Assembly: GCA_034669905.1 (NCBI GenBank)
Contig: JAXMOL010000022.1
Location: 32,001-96,000, forward strand
DNA from: Candidatus Hydrogenedentota bacterium
GTDB lineage: Bacteria; Hydrogenedentota; Hydrogenedentia; Hydrogenedentales; JAEUWI01
Reading direction: 5' to 3'
Length of the DNA: 64,000 nt
Part shown: positions 47,952 to 57,284 of the stretch, one piece after another
Layout of the letters: the number at the start of each line of letters is the position of its first letter
How positions within the stretch are numbered: the stretch's first letter is position 1
Translations under genes and position numbers: made by a program
The notes under the pieces: generated by a model
Databases searched by the model: none
Told to the model about the DNA's origin: nothing
The model's input: only the letters and a program-made list of their open reading frames with translations

Positions 47952-50246
47952 ATGAAACCAACCACAATCAGTGCAATAACGCAAAAATGGCGGCAGCTCG
48001 CGCTACTCACTATTCTGCTCCTTTCCGGAGGCTGCCCTACCACAACGCCGGACCCGGATCCCGATCCAGACCCCGATCCCGACCCGACCCCCACCACGGC
48101 ACCCTACGCCTTTCAATTGCCCCAGACTCTGGACAGTGACGGCGGCCCCGAAGCCATCGCCACAGGACGGCTCAATGGCGATGCCTATCCGGATATTGTC
48201 TCTGCCAATCGCACGGCCGACTCGGTCATGGTCTGGCTTTCTACCGGACCCGACACCTTTGCAAGTCCCCGGCGCCTGTTGCTCAACGGCGTCGAGCCTC
48301 GGGGCATCACGATCAACAGCCGCTACAGCGACAACACGAAAGACATTCTGGTAGCCAACGCGGGAAGCCACAACGTTACGCGTTTTCGACTGGACGCCAA
48401 CGGCGATCACGCCCCGGCGGAGCTCACCGCCCTCGCCGATGGGGCCACGCCCGTGGACTTGGTCACGGCTGATTTTAACGGCGATGGTGTGGGTGACGTT
48501 GCGACGGCCAATGAAGCACTCAATACGGTCTCCGTGTTGCTCGGCATGGCAGATGGCATGTTCTCTCCACCCGTCGATATTGCCACCAGTGCGGGCCCGC
48601 GCTCGATCTGTGCGGGAGACTTTGATGGCGACGGGGATGTCGACTTAGCCACAGCGAACCGCAATGCCGATTCCCTGACCATCCTGGAGAACGATGGAAC
48701 GGGTGGCTTCGCAACGACCTTCGACGAAGCCACGGGCTCGGTACCTCGAGCTGTCGTTACGGTAGACGTTGACGGAGACGGCCGGGACGACCTTATCGCC
48801 ACGAGCCCGTCGAATAACGCCATCGCACTCCACCGCGCCAACAGCCAGGGTGGCTTCAATGCTGCCGTCTTCCTGACGGTTGATGGCAATCCAACGCGCC
48901 TGGCCGTGGGAGACTACACGGGTGACGGAAACGACGACCTGCTGGCGGTGACCTTTGCCAGTGACACGGCCTCTATCGCCTCCGGAAAGCTCGTCTGTCT
49001 TGCCGGGGACGGGCAAGGGAACTTTGAGTACCACGGCGACTTCCAGGTGGCACCCGGCGGGGTGGCCCTGGTCGCCGACGACATGGACCGAGACGGCAAC
49101 ACCGATCTGGTCTTTTCGAACACTGCCGAAGACTACGTGGGCACCGCCCTGGGCGACGGCGAAAGTCTCGCGACGGAGCGGCGCTTTCCGGTGGGCACCC
49201 GGCCACGCATGGTGGTCCCGGGTGACTTTAACCGGGATGGTTCCGTAGACCTCCTCGTCGCCAATCTGGACAGCAATGACGTGACCTTCCTCCCCGGCGA
49301 CGGCAAGGGCGGATTTGATACGGGCACGAGCATTCCGGCGGGTGGCAGCGCGCGGGCGATTGCCACCGCCCACCTGAACGGCGACAGCAATCTCGACTTT
49401 GTGGTGACCAACCTCAACGAAAGCCGGGTGGCCGTCTTTCTGGGGCAAGGCAATGGCACCTTTCAGAGCCCCGCATACCTGGACGTGCGGGATGAGAGCA
49501 GTACCCGTTCGGCGGAACCCCGCTCCCTGGCACTGGTGGATGTAAACGGCGACACGCATATCGATCTAATCGTGGGCAACGCGAATCGGGACTCCGTCGC
49601 GGTCCTCCTCGGTAGTGGCACGGGCACCTTCGCCGATCCGGTGGAGTACGACGTGGGCAACTTTCCCCTATCGGTGCAGCTCGCCGACTTTGATGAAAAC
49701 GGCACGCTGGACCTGGTGGTCGCCAATGGCGTGGACGCCGACGGAGAGGGCACCCAGACATCGTCTCTACACCTGCTGCTGGGTGCGGGCGACGGTACCT
49801 TTGACGCGGAAGATTCCCTGGGCTATCTGGTGAATGCCGCGCCGGGTGCGCTGATCGCGAAAGACCTCACGCGGGATGGCCATGTGGATGTGGCCACGTC
49901 GCACAGCACCCTGGGAAGCATTCAACTCACCAATGGACGGGGCGACGGCCGCTTTGGCGGGGGTAGTGTCTTTGCCATGGGCACCAACCCCAACAGCATC
50001 ACCACGGCCGACCTCGATAAGGATGGCGCCCTCGACCTGGTGGCCACCAACACGGATGGTCATGTATCCATCCGGCTCTACGATCGGCTCCTTGGTTTCG
50101 GCAGCCGCACGGCAATCCCCATCGGCTCGGGGTCTGGTCCGATAGAGGTGCTGGTGCATGACATCAATGGCGACGGCAATCTGGATCTCATCACGCCCAA
50201 TCGCACGAGCAATGACGTTTCCGTTGTCTTAGGCGCATCCCCCTGA
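47952..50246 (+). CDS. FG-GAP/VCBS-repeat lipoprotein
   Basis: Lipobox LSGGC, (PD)n linker at about 48047-48090, more than 10 DxNGDGxxDL repeats; RBS AGGGG before ATG 47952. Confidence 0.9.
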   Translation: MKPTTISAITQKWRQLALLTILLLSGGCPTTTPDPDPDPDPDPDPTPTTAPYAFQLPQTLDSDGGPEAIATGRLNGDAYPDIVSANRTADSVMVWLSTGPDTFASPRRLLLNGVEPRGITINSRYSDNTKDILVANAGSHNVTRFRLDANGDHAPAELTALADGATPVDLVTADFNGDGVGDVATANEALNTVSVLLGMADGMFSPPVDIATSAGPRSICAGDFDGDGDVDLATANRNADSLTILENDGTGGFATTFDEATGSVPRAVVTVDVDGDGRDDLIATSPSNNAIALHRANSQGGFNAAVFLTVDGNPTRLAVGDYTGDGNDDLLAVTFASDTASIASGKLVCLAGDGQGNFEYHGDFQVAPGGVALVADDMDRDGNTDLVFSNTAEDYVGTALGDGESLATERRFPVGTRPRMVVPGDFNRDGSVDLLVANLDSNDVTFLPGDGKGGFDTGTSIPAGGSARAIATAHLNGDSNLDFVVTNLNESRVAVFLGQGNGTFQSPAYLDVRDESSTRSAEPRSLALVDVNGDTHIDLIVGNANRDSVAVLLGSGTGTFADPVEYDVGNFPLSVQLADFDENGTLDLVVANGVDADGEGTQTSSLHLLLGAGDGTFDAEDSLGYLVNAAPGALIAKDLTRDGHVDVATSHSTLGSIQLTNGRGDGRFGGGSVFAMGTNPNSITTADLDKDGALDLVATNTDGHVSIRLYDRLLGFGSRTAIPIGSGSGPIEVLVHDINGDGNLDLITPNRTSNDVSVVLGASP

Positions 50247-50286
50247 GCTGTACCAAAATAGCGCGGCATTTGCCGCACATTTTCCT

Positions 50287-50314
50287 TTGCAATTTCTGAG
50301 GTCGGTGGTATACT
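50287..50314 (+). promoter_or_regulatory. Near-consensus extended -10 sigma70 promoter with no downstream protein gene
   Basis: TTGCAA-16bp-TATACT with TGG immediately before the -10. Confidence 0.7.
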
Positions 50315-50320
50315 GAATTT

Positions 50321-50683
50321 GGACCCGGGATAGGGATTCCAAGACGGCCAGCGAGCCACCCGGCAAGGGGCCAGTAAGGAGCAATTACTGGTGCTGGCAA
50401 GGTGGGAATCTGATAACCCCCGGGCCCCGACAATGCGGTAAAAGCCGCATCGCGGACCGACATATGGGGTCTGGCCGGAAACCAGGCTGTCGGCTTCGCA
50501 GCGGATTTCGCCGCTTTGGATAACGGTGGAAATAGTGCTCTAGTGCATACGTTGTGCGCATGTCCTCAAGACAGGACGGCAGAGGCCACAATACGAGCCC
50601 AGACCCAAGAGCGCAGATAACGTAACTATTTCCACCCCTAGAAATAGCGGAAGTTGCGTAACGAGAACGCTTTGTAAGGGTCC
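50321..50683 (+). ncRNA. Candidate large structured ncRNA of unknown class (~365 nt)
   Basis: Starts about 7 nt after the -10; ends pair (GGACCC/GGGTCC); more than 12 helices including a perfect 12-bp GGTGGAAATAGT/ACTATTTCCACC; no credible ORF. Confidence 0.75.
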
Positions 50684-50814
50684 CAAACAGGATCGAAAAG
50701 GGCCACGTGAAGTGCCCATACCCGAACAGCGAAGCCTTTTCGACGCCACTTCCGCTTTCGCTTGTCTACCCCCTCCTCCTACCCCCTGCACACGGCCATC
50801 TATACCTGCTTTTT

Positions 50815-51897
50815 TCAGTATGGTGGCAAGAGCCGCCTGAACCCATGCCCCAAGATGACGAGGGCAAAAAATACGTTTCGCACTACCACGCCCACCCCGT
50901 TCATCGAGACAGGCCGCGTCACTTCCCTCCGTCGGGCCGCACGTGCAGCCGTCAAGCCAACATGCCGAATCCAGTTCAATCCACAGGGCCACTCGATTAG
51001 CGCTTCCCGCCAGGCGACCGGTATACCCTCCTCACCAACACGAGCCCCGATGATGGCGCCGACGATGGCCGCCGAGGTATCCGTGTCACCACCACATCGA
51101 ATCACCTCCTCGACGGCCGTGGCATAGTCTTCGGGGTGACGCAACCAGGCATGCAACACAATGGGCACAGTATGATAGCTGTAGCCAGTAATACCTTCTT
51201 CCAACCCCATCGCCCCGGCAGCGAAATCCCCCGTTGATTCGCCGGCGGTCAGACTGCGCCTCACTCGGCCCAACAGGTCGTAGAACTCTTCACCGTCTGC
51301 CCAAAGCTCTGCCTCACAAGCGGCGAAGAAGTCATCGGCCTCCAAGGCGACGTCTTTTCGACTCGACATACACGCCGCCAGCGCCACCGCCTGTGCGGCA
51401 TATTCCGCCTTGGGGTCCCGATGGGTCAGCATGCTGGAGCAACGGACCAATGCACGGCGACGCGTAGCGTCCCGTTCATAGAGTACGCCAAGGATTGGAC
51501 TCCGCATCGACGGTCCATTGCCCGCCGAGAAGACCCCACTTCGGGAAGGCCCGAATCCCAGCCAAAGCTTCAGGATGCTCTTCAGTGTGGCCAACCCTAT
51601 TCCCGCGGGCATACGGAGCAACCAGAAGCGGAGTCGCCAGGACAGATTTCTCGTGAACTGGGCCGGCTCACCACCAGAGGCCGCCACGGCCTGGGCCACC
51701 ATGCAGGCGTGTTCCGTATCATCCGATACCATGCCGCGCCCGAAGAACAACCTGGGACGATCCAGCGTGGGTACCCAACGGGCCTGACGACGACGGGAAA
51801 TACCCTCCCAAGGCAGCCCAAGGGCGTCGCCCACCGCCATACCAATGAGCGCACCGACGACAGCTTCTTCCGGCGTTACCGAGTTTGCTTCAGCCAA
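50815..51897 (-). CDS. ADP-ribosylglycohydrolase (DraG/ARH) family protein
   Basis: GMAVGDALG, SDDTEH, SAGNGPSMR, LTH, GGDTDTSAAIVGAI. Confidence 0.92.
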   Translation of the reverse strand: MAEANSVTPEEAVVGALIGMAVGDALGLPWEGISRRRQARWVPTLDRPRLFFGRGMVSDDTEHACMVAQAVAASGGEPAQFTRNLSWRLRFWLLRMPAGIGLATLKSILKLWLGFGPSRSGVFSAGNGPSMRSPILGVLYERDATRRRALVRCSSMLTHRDPKAEYAAQAVALAACMSSRKDVALEADDFFAACEAELWADGEEFYDLLGRVRRSLTAGESTGDFAAGAMGLEEGITGYSYHTVPIVLHAWLRHPEDYATAVEEVIRCGGDTDTSAAIVGAIIGARVGEEGIPVAWREALIEWPCGLNWIRHVGLTAARAARRREVTRPVSMNGVGVVVRNVFFALVILGHGFRRLLPPY

Positions 51898-51946
51898 CCT
51901 GTTTCCTCACACACTGCGTTCGCTCCAAGGCGTTGGAAGAAGCTTC

Positions 51947-54718
51947 TCACGGCTTCCCGACGACCAGTGGCACCAACTCAACCGGCCCCAGCAGCCCCGA
52001 ATCCATCACGGGCCAGTTCGACGCATCAAAGGGTTTGTATTGGATATTGACGATGTTGGTGTCGTGAAATATCTTCCATTCCACCTTGCGACGGTCCATG
52101 TCGGCAATGCGATTGGCGGCGAGATTGGTGACCTCGATGGAGAGGGTGTTACCGGTGGACTTCAGAGGGCCCTCGATGAGCAACTCGAAGGGAATGGCCC
52201 ACGCGGTGCCAAGGTCTTCCCCATTTAAGGTAACCCGTGCGCTTTCGCGAACCGTACCCAGAGACAGACGCCAGGCCGCTGCCACCCCATCGGGCGCATC
52301 GAAGGTGGTTTCGTAACGGGCCGTTCCCCCAAAACGTTTCGCTTCCGCGTCGGGGGCTTCGGTCCAGGAAGCCAGCGCTTCGAGGGTGTACGGCGCTGGC
52401 AAGACGGGGCCCCCTTCGGTAAAGGTAACCTGCCAGGGCCCGTCCACACGCACCGGCTCCCCGTCCTGCTTCCAGTAGGGCCACGCTGGCCCTTCGACCA
52501 CTCGCTCGGTATAGGTGCGGAGAAAACAGGACTCGCCCGGTTTCAAGGCAATCCGAACCTGGGTTTGTCGGTCTGTACCTTGTTCCGTCTCGGCAAGGCC
52601 ACTGCGCGCATACAGGGCATCCAGCCACACGACGCTTTGGGCAGGCGTGGCGAGGTCCCACAGGGCGTCGACGGGCTCAGCGGTGAGATTGGAAATGAAG
52701 TACAGGTATCCCTCGTCGTGCTTCCGGCGAATCATGGAGAGTCCGGACGTGGCGAGGCTTTCGGGCACGATACCCACGTCATTCAGAGCCGCCAGAAGGG
52801 GATACTGGGGATAGACCTTCCCGCGCCCCATGGGCACTGCAGGCGCCCCCCCACTGGCCGACACGTGCCCTTCCCAGATTCGATGGAGCCCCCGCATACG
52901 GTCACGGCGCTTTTCCAACGAAGCGAATCCGGGCACGTCTCGGGGCACGGGTCCCAGGAAGACGATGGGCGCCCCGAAGCGGGCCATGGTAAAGAGACGC
53001 TCAAGGGTGTTGTCGGGAATCCGGGGCGTGTCGGGCACCACGATCACCCGGTAGGTATTCTCGCCCAGTCGAATGCCGCCTGTATTTACCTCGGCCTGAT
53101 TCAGCAGCGCGTCTGAAATATAATCAAAGGCATAGCCCCCTTCGGTGAGGGCCTTCGCGGTCTCGTAAAAGGGCGTGTCAATGAGCCAGTCATCGATATT
53201 GTGAACGGTCAACAGCTTGCGCAAACCTTCCGCGTCGTGCCAGACATCGTGAAGGGGAAAATAGAGCAGTACGTCGTTTGCGGGGGCACTCCCCTGGAGC
53301 AGGGCCTGACTCCGCCCGATATAGCCGTTCAGTTCATGAAAATCATCCCACCAGGTGTTGGTCGGACCGAAGTGTACGGAGGCATAAAAAAGCCAACCGG
53401 GCCACGCCGCATCGTCCGGCGAATAGGGCGTACCATGATAGAACATATGATTGATACCGGCCGCCAACAGTTGGTCCACCTCTGGCTTGGCCTGCGAGAG
53501 GGCCACCTGGAAATGCTCGCCGAGCCAGGTGCAGGTTTCGGAAGACACCTTTCGCTTGCCGGTGAGATGGGCCGCCGAAGAGGCAAATTTCAGCATGAGC
53601 AAATCGGGGGGCTCGTTGTCGAAGCTCTCGTCCTTCCGCAGGCCGGGAATGGGAAATCCGGATGGACCGAAGATTTCCGTCTCTGGAATGTCTACCGTGG
53701 CGTAAAGGTCGATCAGGTTCCCCGGTGAGCCGTGGGCCTGGTTGCGCGTAATCATGCCGTGCTCGTGGGTCCAGTTGGTCCACTGCGCGGTGAAGGCCTC
53801 CCGCACCTGGGCGGCCAGGGTCTCGCGGTAGTCCGACTTCACCCGGGCGATTTGCTCCGGGTCCCCTTTGCCCGTCATTTCGGGCAGGTGGTGTCGAAGG
53901 TCGTAGCCATGTTGGGCCTCAAAATTCTCCCAGAGGTCAGGGGCCCAGTCTCCGCTGTATTCAAAGGAATCGTGAAAATGGGCGCGCAGAGGCAAGCCGT
54001 CATAATCCGCCATGGCCTCGGAAAAATGCTCGAGGTAGGCCCCCAACGCGGCTTTGGAATAAGTATTCACCGTCAGCCCGGCACCGCCCGGTGCAGGTCG
54101 TTTTACTTTCCGACCGGAAAAACGATAGTACGCCACGTAGTACGTAGCGGCTCCCGGGACCAATCGGCTTACCGCTCCGTCGACCACCGTGGCCGTTAGA
54201 TCATGAACCGCACCCTCTTCCCCGTAGGCGATGAAGGACAACAGCACACCGTCTTCCGGGATTCCGAGTGAATCGCCCGTGGCCTTTACGTCCACCGTGA
54301 CGATGGTGACTTTCATGTCGGCCTTATCGAGGGTGACTGTCGGACCACCAAAGGGCCAGCCCGTGCCGGTGGGCATGTCGACGCCGAGGCCAAGTCGTTG
54401 GGCTTCCCGGGTGGTATGGGCGAGCATGGCCTTCCAGTCATCGCTCAGGTAGTCAATGTGTCGGTCTTCCTGTCCCTTGATACCATAGATGGGCGTAATT
54501 TCAACGCCACCCAGCCCCACCTCGGCAAACTCTTCGAGACTTCGGGTGAGGTTCGCCTCATCCACGGCACTGCCGAGCCACCACCACCGGGTCCAGGGCT
54601 TCGCCTCGCCCGTCACTTCGGGAAACTCGAAGGGACCGACGGCCATGGCGGTGGACAGGGCTGCGAACACAATTGTCACCATGCCGTAGTGGCCAATTCG
54701 GTGGAAAAACATTTTCAT
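51947..54718 (-). CDS. GH106-family glycoside hydrolase (alpha-L-rhamnosidase-like), exported
   Basis: KPWTRWWWLGSAVD, GLGGVEITPIYG, GTGWPFGGP, DSFE, RNQAHG, DIPETE, SSET, C-terminal SGLLGPV; RBS AAGGAG before ATG 54718. Confidence 0.88.
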   Translation of the reverse strand: MKMFFHRIGHYGMVTIVFAALSTAMAVGPFEFPEVTGEAKPWTRWWWLGSAVDEANLTRSLEEFAEVGLGGVEITPIYGIKGQEDRHIDYLSDDWKAMLAHTTREAQRLGLGVDMPTGTGWPFGGPTVTLDKADMKVTIVTVDVKATGDSLGIPEDGVLLSFIAYGEEGAVHDLTATVVDGAVSRLVPGAATYYVAYYRFSGRKVKRPAPGGAGLTVNTYSKAALGAYLEHFSEAMADYDGLPLRAHFHDSFEYSGDWAPDLWENFEAQHGYDLRHHLPEMTGKGDPEQIARVKSDYRETLAAQVREAFTAQWTNWTHEHGMITRNQAHGSPGNLIDLYATVDIPETEIFGPSGFPIPGLRKDESFDNEPPDLLMLKFASSAAHLTGKRKVSSETCTWLGEHFQVALSQAKPEVDQLLAAGINHMFYHGTPYSPDDAAWPGWLFYASVHFGPTNTWWDDFHELNGYIGRSQALLQGSAPANDVLLYFPLHDVWHDAEGLRKLLTVHNIDDWLIDTPFYETAKALTEGGYAFDYISDALLNQAEVNTGGIRLGENTYRVIVVPDTPRIPDNTLERLFTMARFGAPIVFLGPVPRDVPGFASLEKRRDRMRGLHRIWEGHVSASGGAPAVPMGRGKVYPQYPLLAALNDVGIVPESLATSGLSMIRRKHDEGYLYFISNLTAEPVDALWDLATPAQSVVWLDALYARSGLAETEQGTDRQTQVRIALKPGESCFLRTYTERVVEGPAWPYWKQDGEPVRVDGPWQVTFTEGGPVLPAPYTLEALASWTEAPDAEAKRFGGTARYETTFDAPDGVAAAWRLSLGTVRESARVTLNGEDLGTAWAIPFELLIEGPLKSTGNTLSIEVTNLAANRIADMDRRKVEWKIFHDTNIVNIQYKPFDASNWPVMDSGLLGPVELVPLVVGKP

Positions 54719-54890
54719 GTTGGAAAACTCCTTGCTGCAGGGGGGTAATCTCATGTTGGGCACCATTGTACCTGCATCGCGTTTCACATAAAACCCTCCC
54801 TATCGTTGGGTGCAGTCCCCGGCCGCGCCCGTGTTATAATGAAGTTCTAAACAGCAGTCAGGCTTATCCCCATCCCCACAGGTATTCGAA

Positions 54891-55724
54891 ATGTCCACAC
54901 AGACCATTCCCTCGCAGGTACTCGAAAAGGAAGCACAGCTCCAGGCGCTTCTGGCGGGGTACGGAACACTCGCTATCGCCTATTCCGGCGGTGTGGATTC
55001 TGCCTATCTGTCCTGTATCGCCCATGAGATGCTGGGCGATATGGCCTGTCTCATCCTGGCGGACTCCCCGAGTATTCCCCGGGCCGAAGTGCGCGAGGCC
55101 TGTGATCTGGCGTGGTCCCGGGGGTGGAATTTGACGGTGGTGGAGACCACTGAGTTTGAGAACGAGGACTTCCTGAAGAACGATGGCACCCGATGTTATT
55201 ACTGCAAGACCGAGCTCTTCACCCAGATGGATGCCTACGCCCGGGAGCACGGCATCTCCGTGCTGGCCTATGGCGAAATCACGGAAGACCAACTGGACCC
55301 CACCCGACTGGGCGCGAAAGCCGCCCGGGAACACGAAGTGGTGGCCCCCCTGGCCCTCGCCGGGCTGGAGAAAGAAGAAATCCGCCGACTGAGCCGGGTG
55401 CGCGAACTGCCCACCTGGAACAAGGCCTCCTTTGCCTGTCTCTCCTCCCGCTTCCCCACAGGAACCCGGGTCGTGCCCGAAGAAGTCCGTAAGGTCGAGG
55501 CCGCCGAGGAAGTATTGAAGGCGCTGGGCTTCCACCAATACCGCGCCCGGCACCACGACGCGGTCTGCCGCGTCGAAATTGACCCGGTGGACATTCCCAA
55601 GATGCTGGATCCGGCGCTTCGACAGGCCGTGGTGGACGGCATCACCCGGGCGGGATATCGCTACGTCACCCTCGATCTCGCGGGCTACCGCACTGGCAGC
55701 ACGGCGGACATGCCTGCGACCTAG
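54891..55724 (+). CDS. larE: ATP-dependent sacrificial sulfur transferase LarE
   Basis: AYSGGVDSAYL PP-loop, RCYYCK, WNKASFACLSSRFP, YVTLDLAGYRTGS. Confidence 0.9.
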   Translation: MSTQTIPSQVLEKEAQLQALLAGYGTLAIAYSGGVDSAYLSCIAHEMLGDMACLILADSPSIPRAEVREACDLAWSRGWNLTVVETTEFENEDFLKNDGTRCYYCKTELFTQMDAYAREHGISVLAYGEITEDQLDPTRLGAKAAREHEVVAPLALAGLEKEEIRRLSRVRELPTWNKASFACLSSRFPTGTRVVPEEVRKVEAAEEVLKALGFHQYRARHHDAVCRVEIDPVDIPKMLDPALRQAVVDGITRAGYRYVTLDLAGYRTGSTADMPAT

Positions 55725-55776
55725 GCAATCGCCCCCGCCTTGTCAGCCTGGGTTCGACCACACACGTTTCTTTAGC

Positions 55777-56037
55777 ATGGACCTCAAGAACCCCGTGTGG
55801 ATGTATGCTAAAGCAGGCCTTTTCCTCCTTATCGGCCTGGCAAGTTTTCTGCTCGTCTGGATGCGCGCGCCCTACCTTTCCACAGCAATACTCCTGGCCT
55901 TGATGTGCTGGGCCTCCGCGCGGGCGTATTACTTTGCTTTCTATGTCGTCACCCACTACATCGACGACACCTATCGCTTCGCAGGACTCTTTGATTTTCT
56001 TCGCTATGTCATAGCGCGCCGGAAGTCTCGCAGATAA
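55777..56037 (+). CDS. Small membrane protein
   Basis: MDLKNPVWMYAKAGLFLLIG..RAYYFAFYVVTHYIDDTYRFAGL; two hydrophobic helices. Confidence 0.7.
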   Translation: MDLKNPVWMYAKAGLFLLIGLASFLLVWMRAPYLSTAILLALMCWASARAYYFAFYVVTHYIDDTYRFAGLFDFLRYVIARRKSRR

Positions 56038-56276
56038 CTCGTAAGCCGATACAAAACGGTTCATGGGCAGTTCGTCGGTACCCTCGAAAACTCCCACCAC
56101 AGAAAGAAACGAAACCCAACAATCGTGCCGCGCGATCCGGTATTCCCGGTTCGTGCGCAGTCCGGAAATACCACTAGAGCAATCGCCCCTTCGCCTGAAC
56201 GGGAGTACCTGAGCGCGCGGCACATCCGGCACTTGTAGAGTCGAATAAATCCTCCCCACTTATTGCCCATGAACCC

Positions 56277-56308
56277 AAAAAACCACCCCAATCACGTTGG
56301 GGTGGTTT
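56277..56308 (-). terminator. Rho-independent terminator after sodN
   Basis: AAACCACCCCAA-tcacg-TTGGGGTGGTTT with A-run on + strand. Confidence 0.8.
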
Positions 56309-56342
56309 ATCTCATAAACGGACAAGCGTAGCGCTGTATTTA

Positions 56343-57071
56343 TTACTTGTCGGTAAACTCGAAGGCGGATGCGACGAAGAGCTTACCTTCGACTTCGCCA
56401 GAGACTTCGGCCGTGCGGGGCTTCTTGCAGAGTCCGGAAGCGTGGGCATTCACGGGCGTTCCACCCATGAGGTAGGCCGTGCCCGCCACTTTAACGGCGG
56501 TCTTGCAGCCTCTTACGCCCGCAATCTTGTAGGTGCAGGTGGCGCAACCCGCTTCGACGGTCGCCTTGGAAAGCTTCACTTCTTCCTTGTGATCGGGACC
56601 GTGATCTTCCTGCAGATGGGCCAAGGCGTCTTTACCCACGTAGAGGGCGCGGAAGGTCGCCACGCCTTCTTTCAGGCTGGCCACATTGGCGAGATCGGTG
56701 GTCTGCTTCGCCTTCATGGCGGAAACCATGATGCCGTGCAGGGCCTTGAGCTTCTCTTCGTACTTTTCGGCATCGGCCTTGATGCGCTGGGCGAGGAAAT
56801 AATAGGTGACGATATCGGTCAGCTCGTCGGCATGGGTTTCTTTGTTGTTGACCCAGCGGACCAGTTGGTTGTAGTTCTTGTCGCCCGCCGCCGAAAGCTC
56901 GTTGATCTGGTTCATCGACTTTTCAATAGTCGTAATATGCTCTTCCATCATGGTGAAGCGGGTTTCGTCACCATAGATACCGCAAGGAACCTGGCAGTGT
57001 GCCGATGCGAGTTGCGCGGGCACCATGGCCAGGGCCAACAGGGCGAGGCTAGCGGTGAATTTGATCTTCAT
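56343..57071 (-). CDS. sodN: Nickel superoxide dismutase with signal peptide and extra C-terminal Cys/His domain
   Basis: Signal peptide ending ASA then Ni-hook HCQVPCGIY; NQLVRWVNNKETHA, YYFLAQRIK; tail EAGCATCTY..GCKTAVK..HASGLCK; RBS AGGAG. Confidence 0.9.
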   Translation of the reverse strand: MKIKFTASLALLALAMVPAQLASAHCQVPCGIYGDETRFTMMEEHITTIEKSMNQINELSAAGDKNYNQLVRWVNNKETHADELTDIVTYYFLAQRIKADAEKYEEKLKALHGIMVSAMKAKQTTDLANVASLKEGVATFRALYVGKDALAHLQEDHGPDHKEEVKLSKATVEAGCATCTYKIAGVRGCKTAVKVAGTAYLMGGTPVNAHASGLCKKPRTAEVSGEVEGKLFVASAFEFTDK

Positions 57072-57284
57072 GATGTGTGTTCTCCTGCATAGGTTGGATT
57101 GTGTGGGATACGGCGTCAGGGCGGTAACTGGAAGCCCGCCCCATTCAGCGCACGCCGTATGGCCGCAACATGTAAATGGAATCTCCACTCTACAATTCAG
57201 CAAGCGGTGGAAACAAGCTCACCTGCCGCGAAAAATTTCCCTAACCATATTAAAACAAGGCGCAAATGACCGCTTTAGGTGACT

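Noticed and set aside
48047..48090. Tandem 6-bp repeat as a phase-variable SSR
   Set aside because: Codons are synonymous-degenerate and in frame; it simply encodes a (Pro-Asp)n linker
50321..50683. tmRNA, RNase P RNA or riboswitch identity for the structured region
   Set aside because: Size fits, but there is no tRNA-like T-arm/CCA end and no GAGGAAAGUC core, and the next gene is convergent so it cannot be a 5' UTR
50540..50992. 150-aa minus-strand ORF and 50385-50591 ORF across the structured region
   Set aside because: The first overlaps the ARH gene out of frame; neither has an RBS, typical composition or motifs
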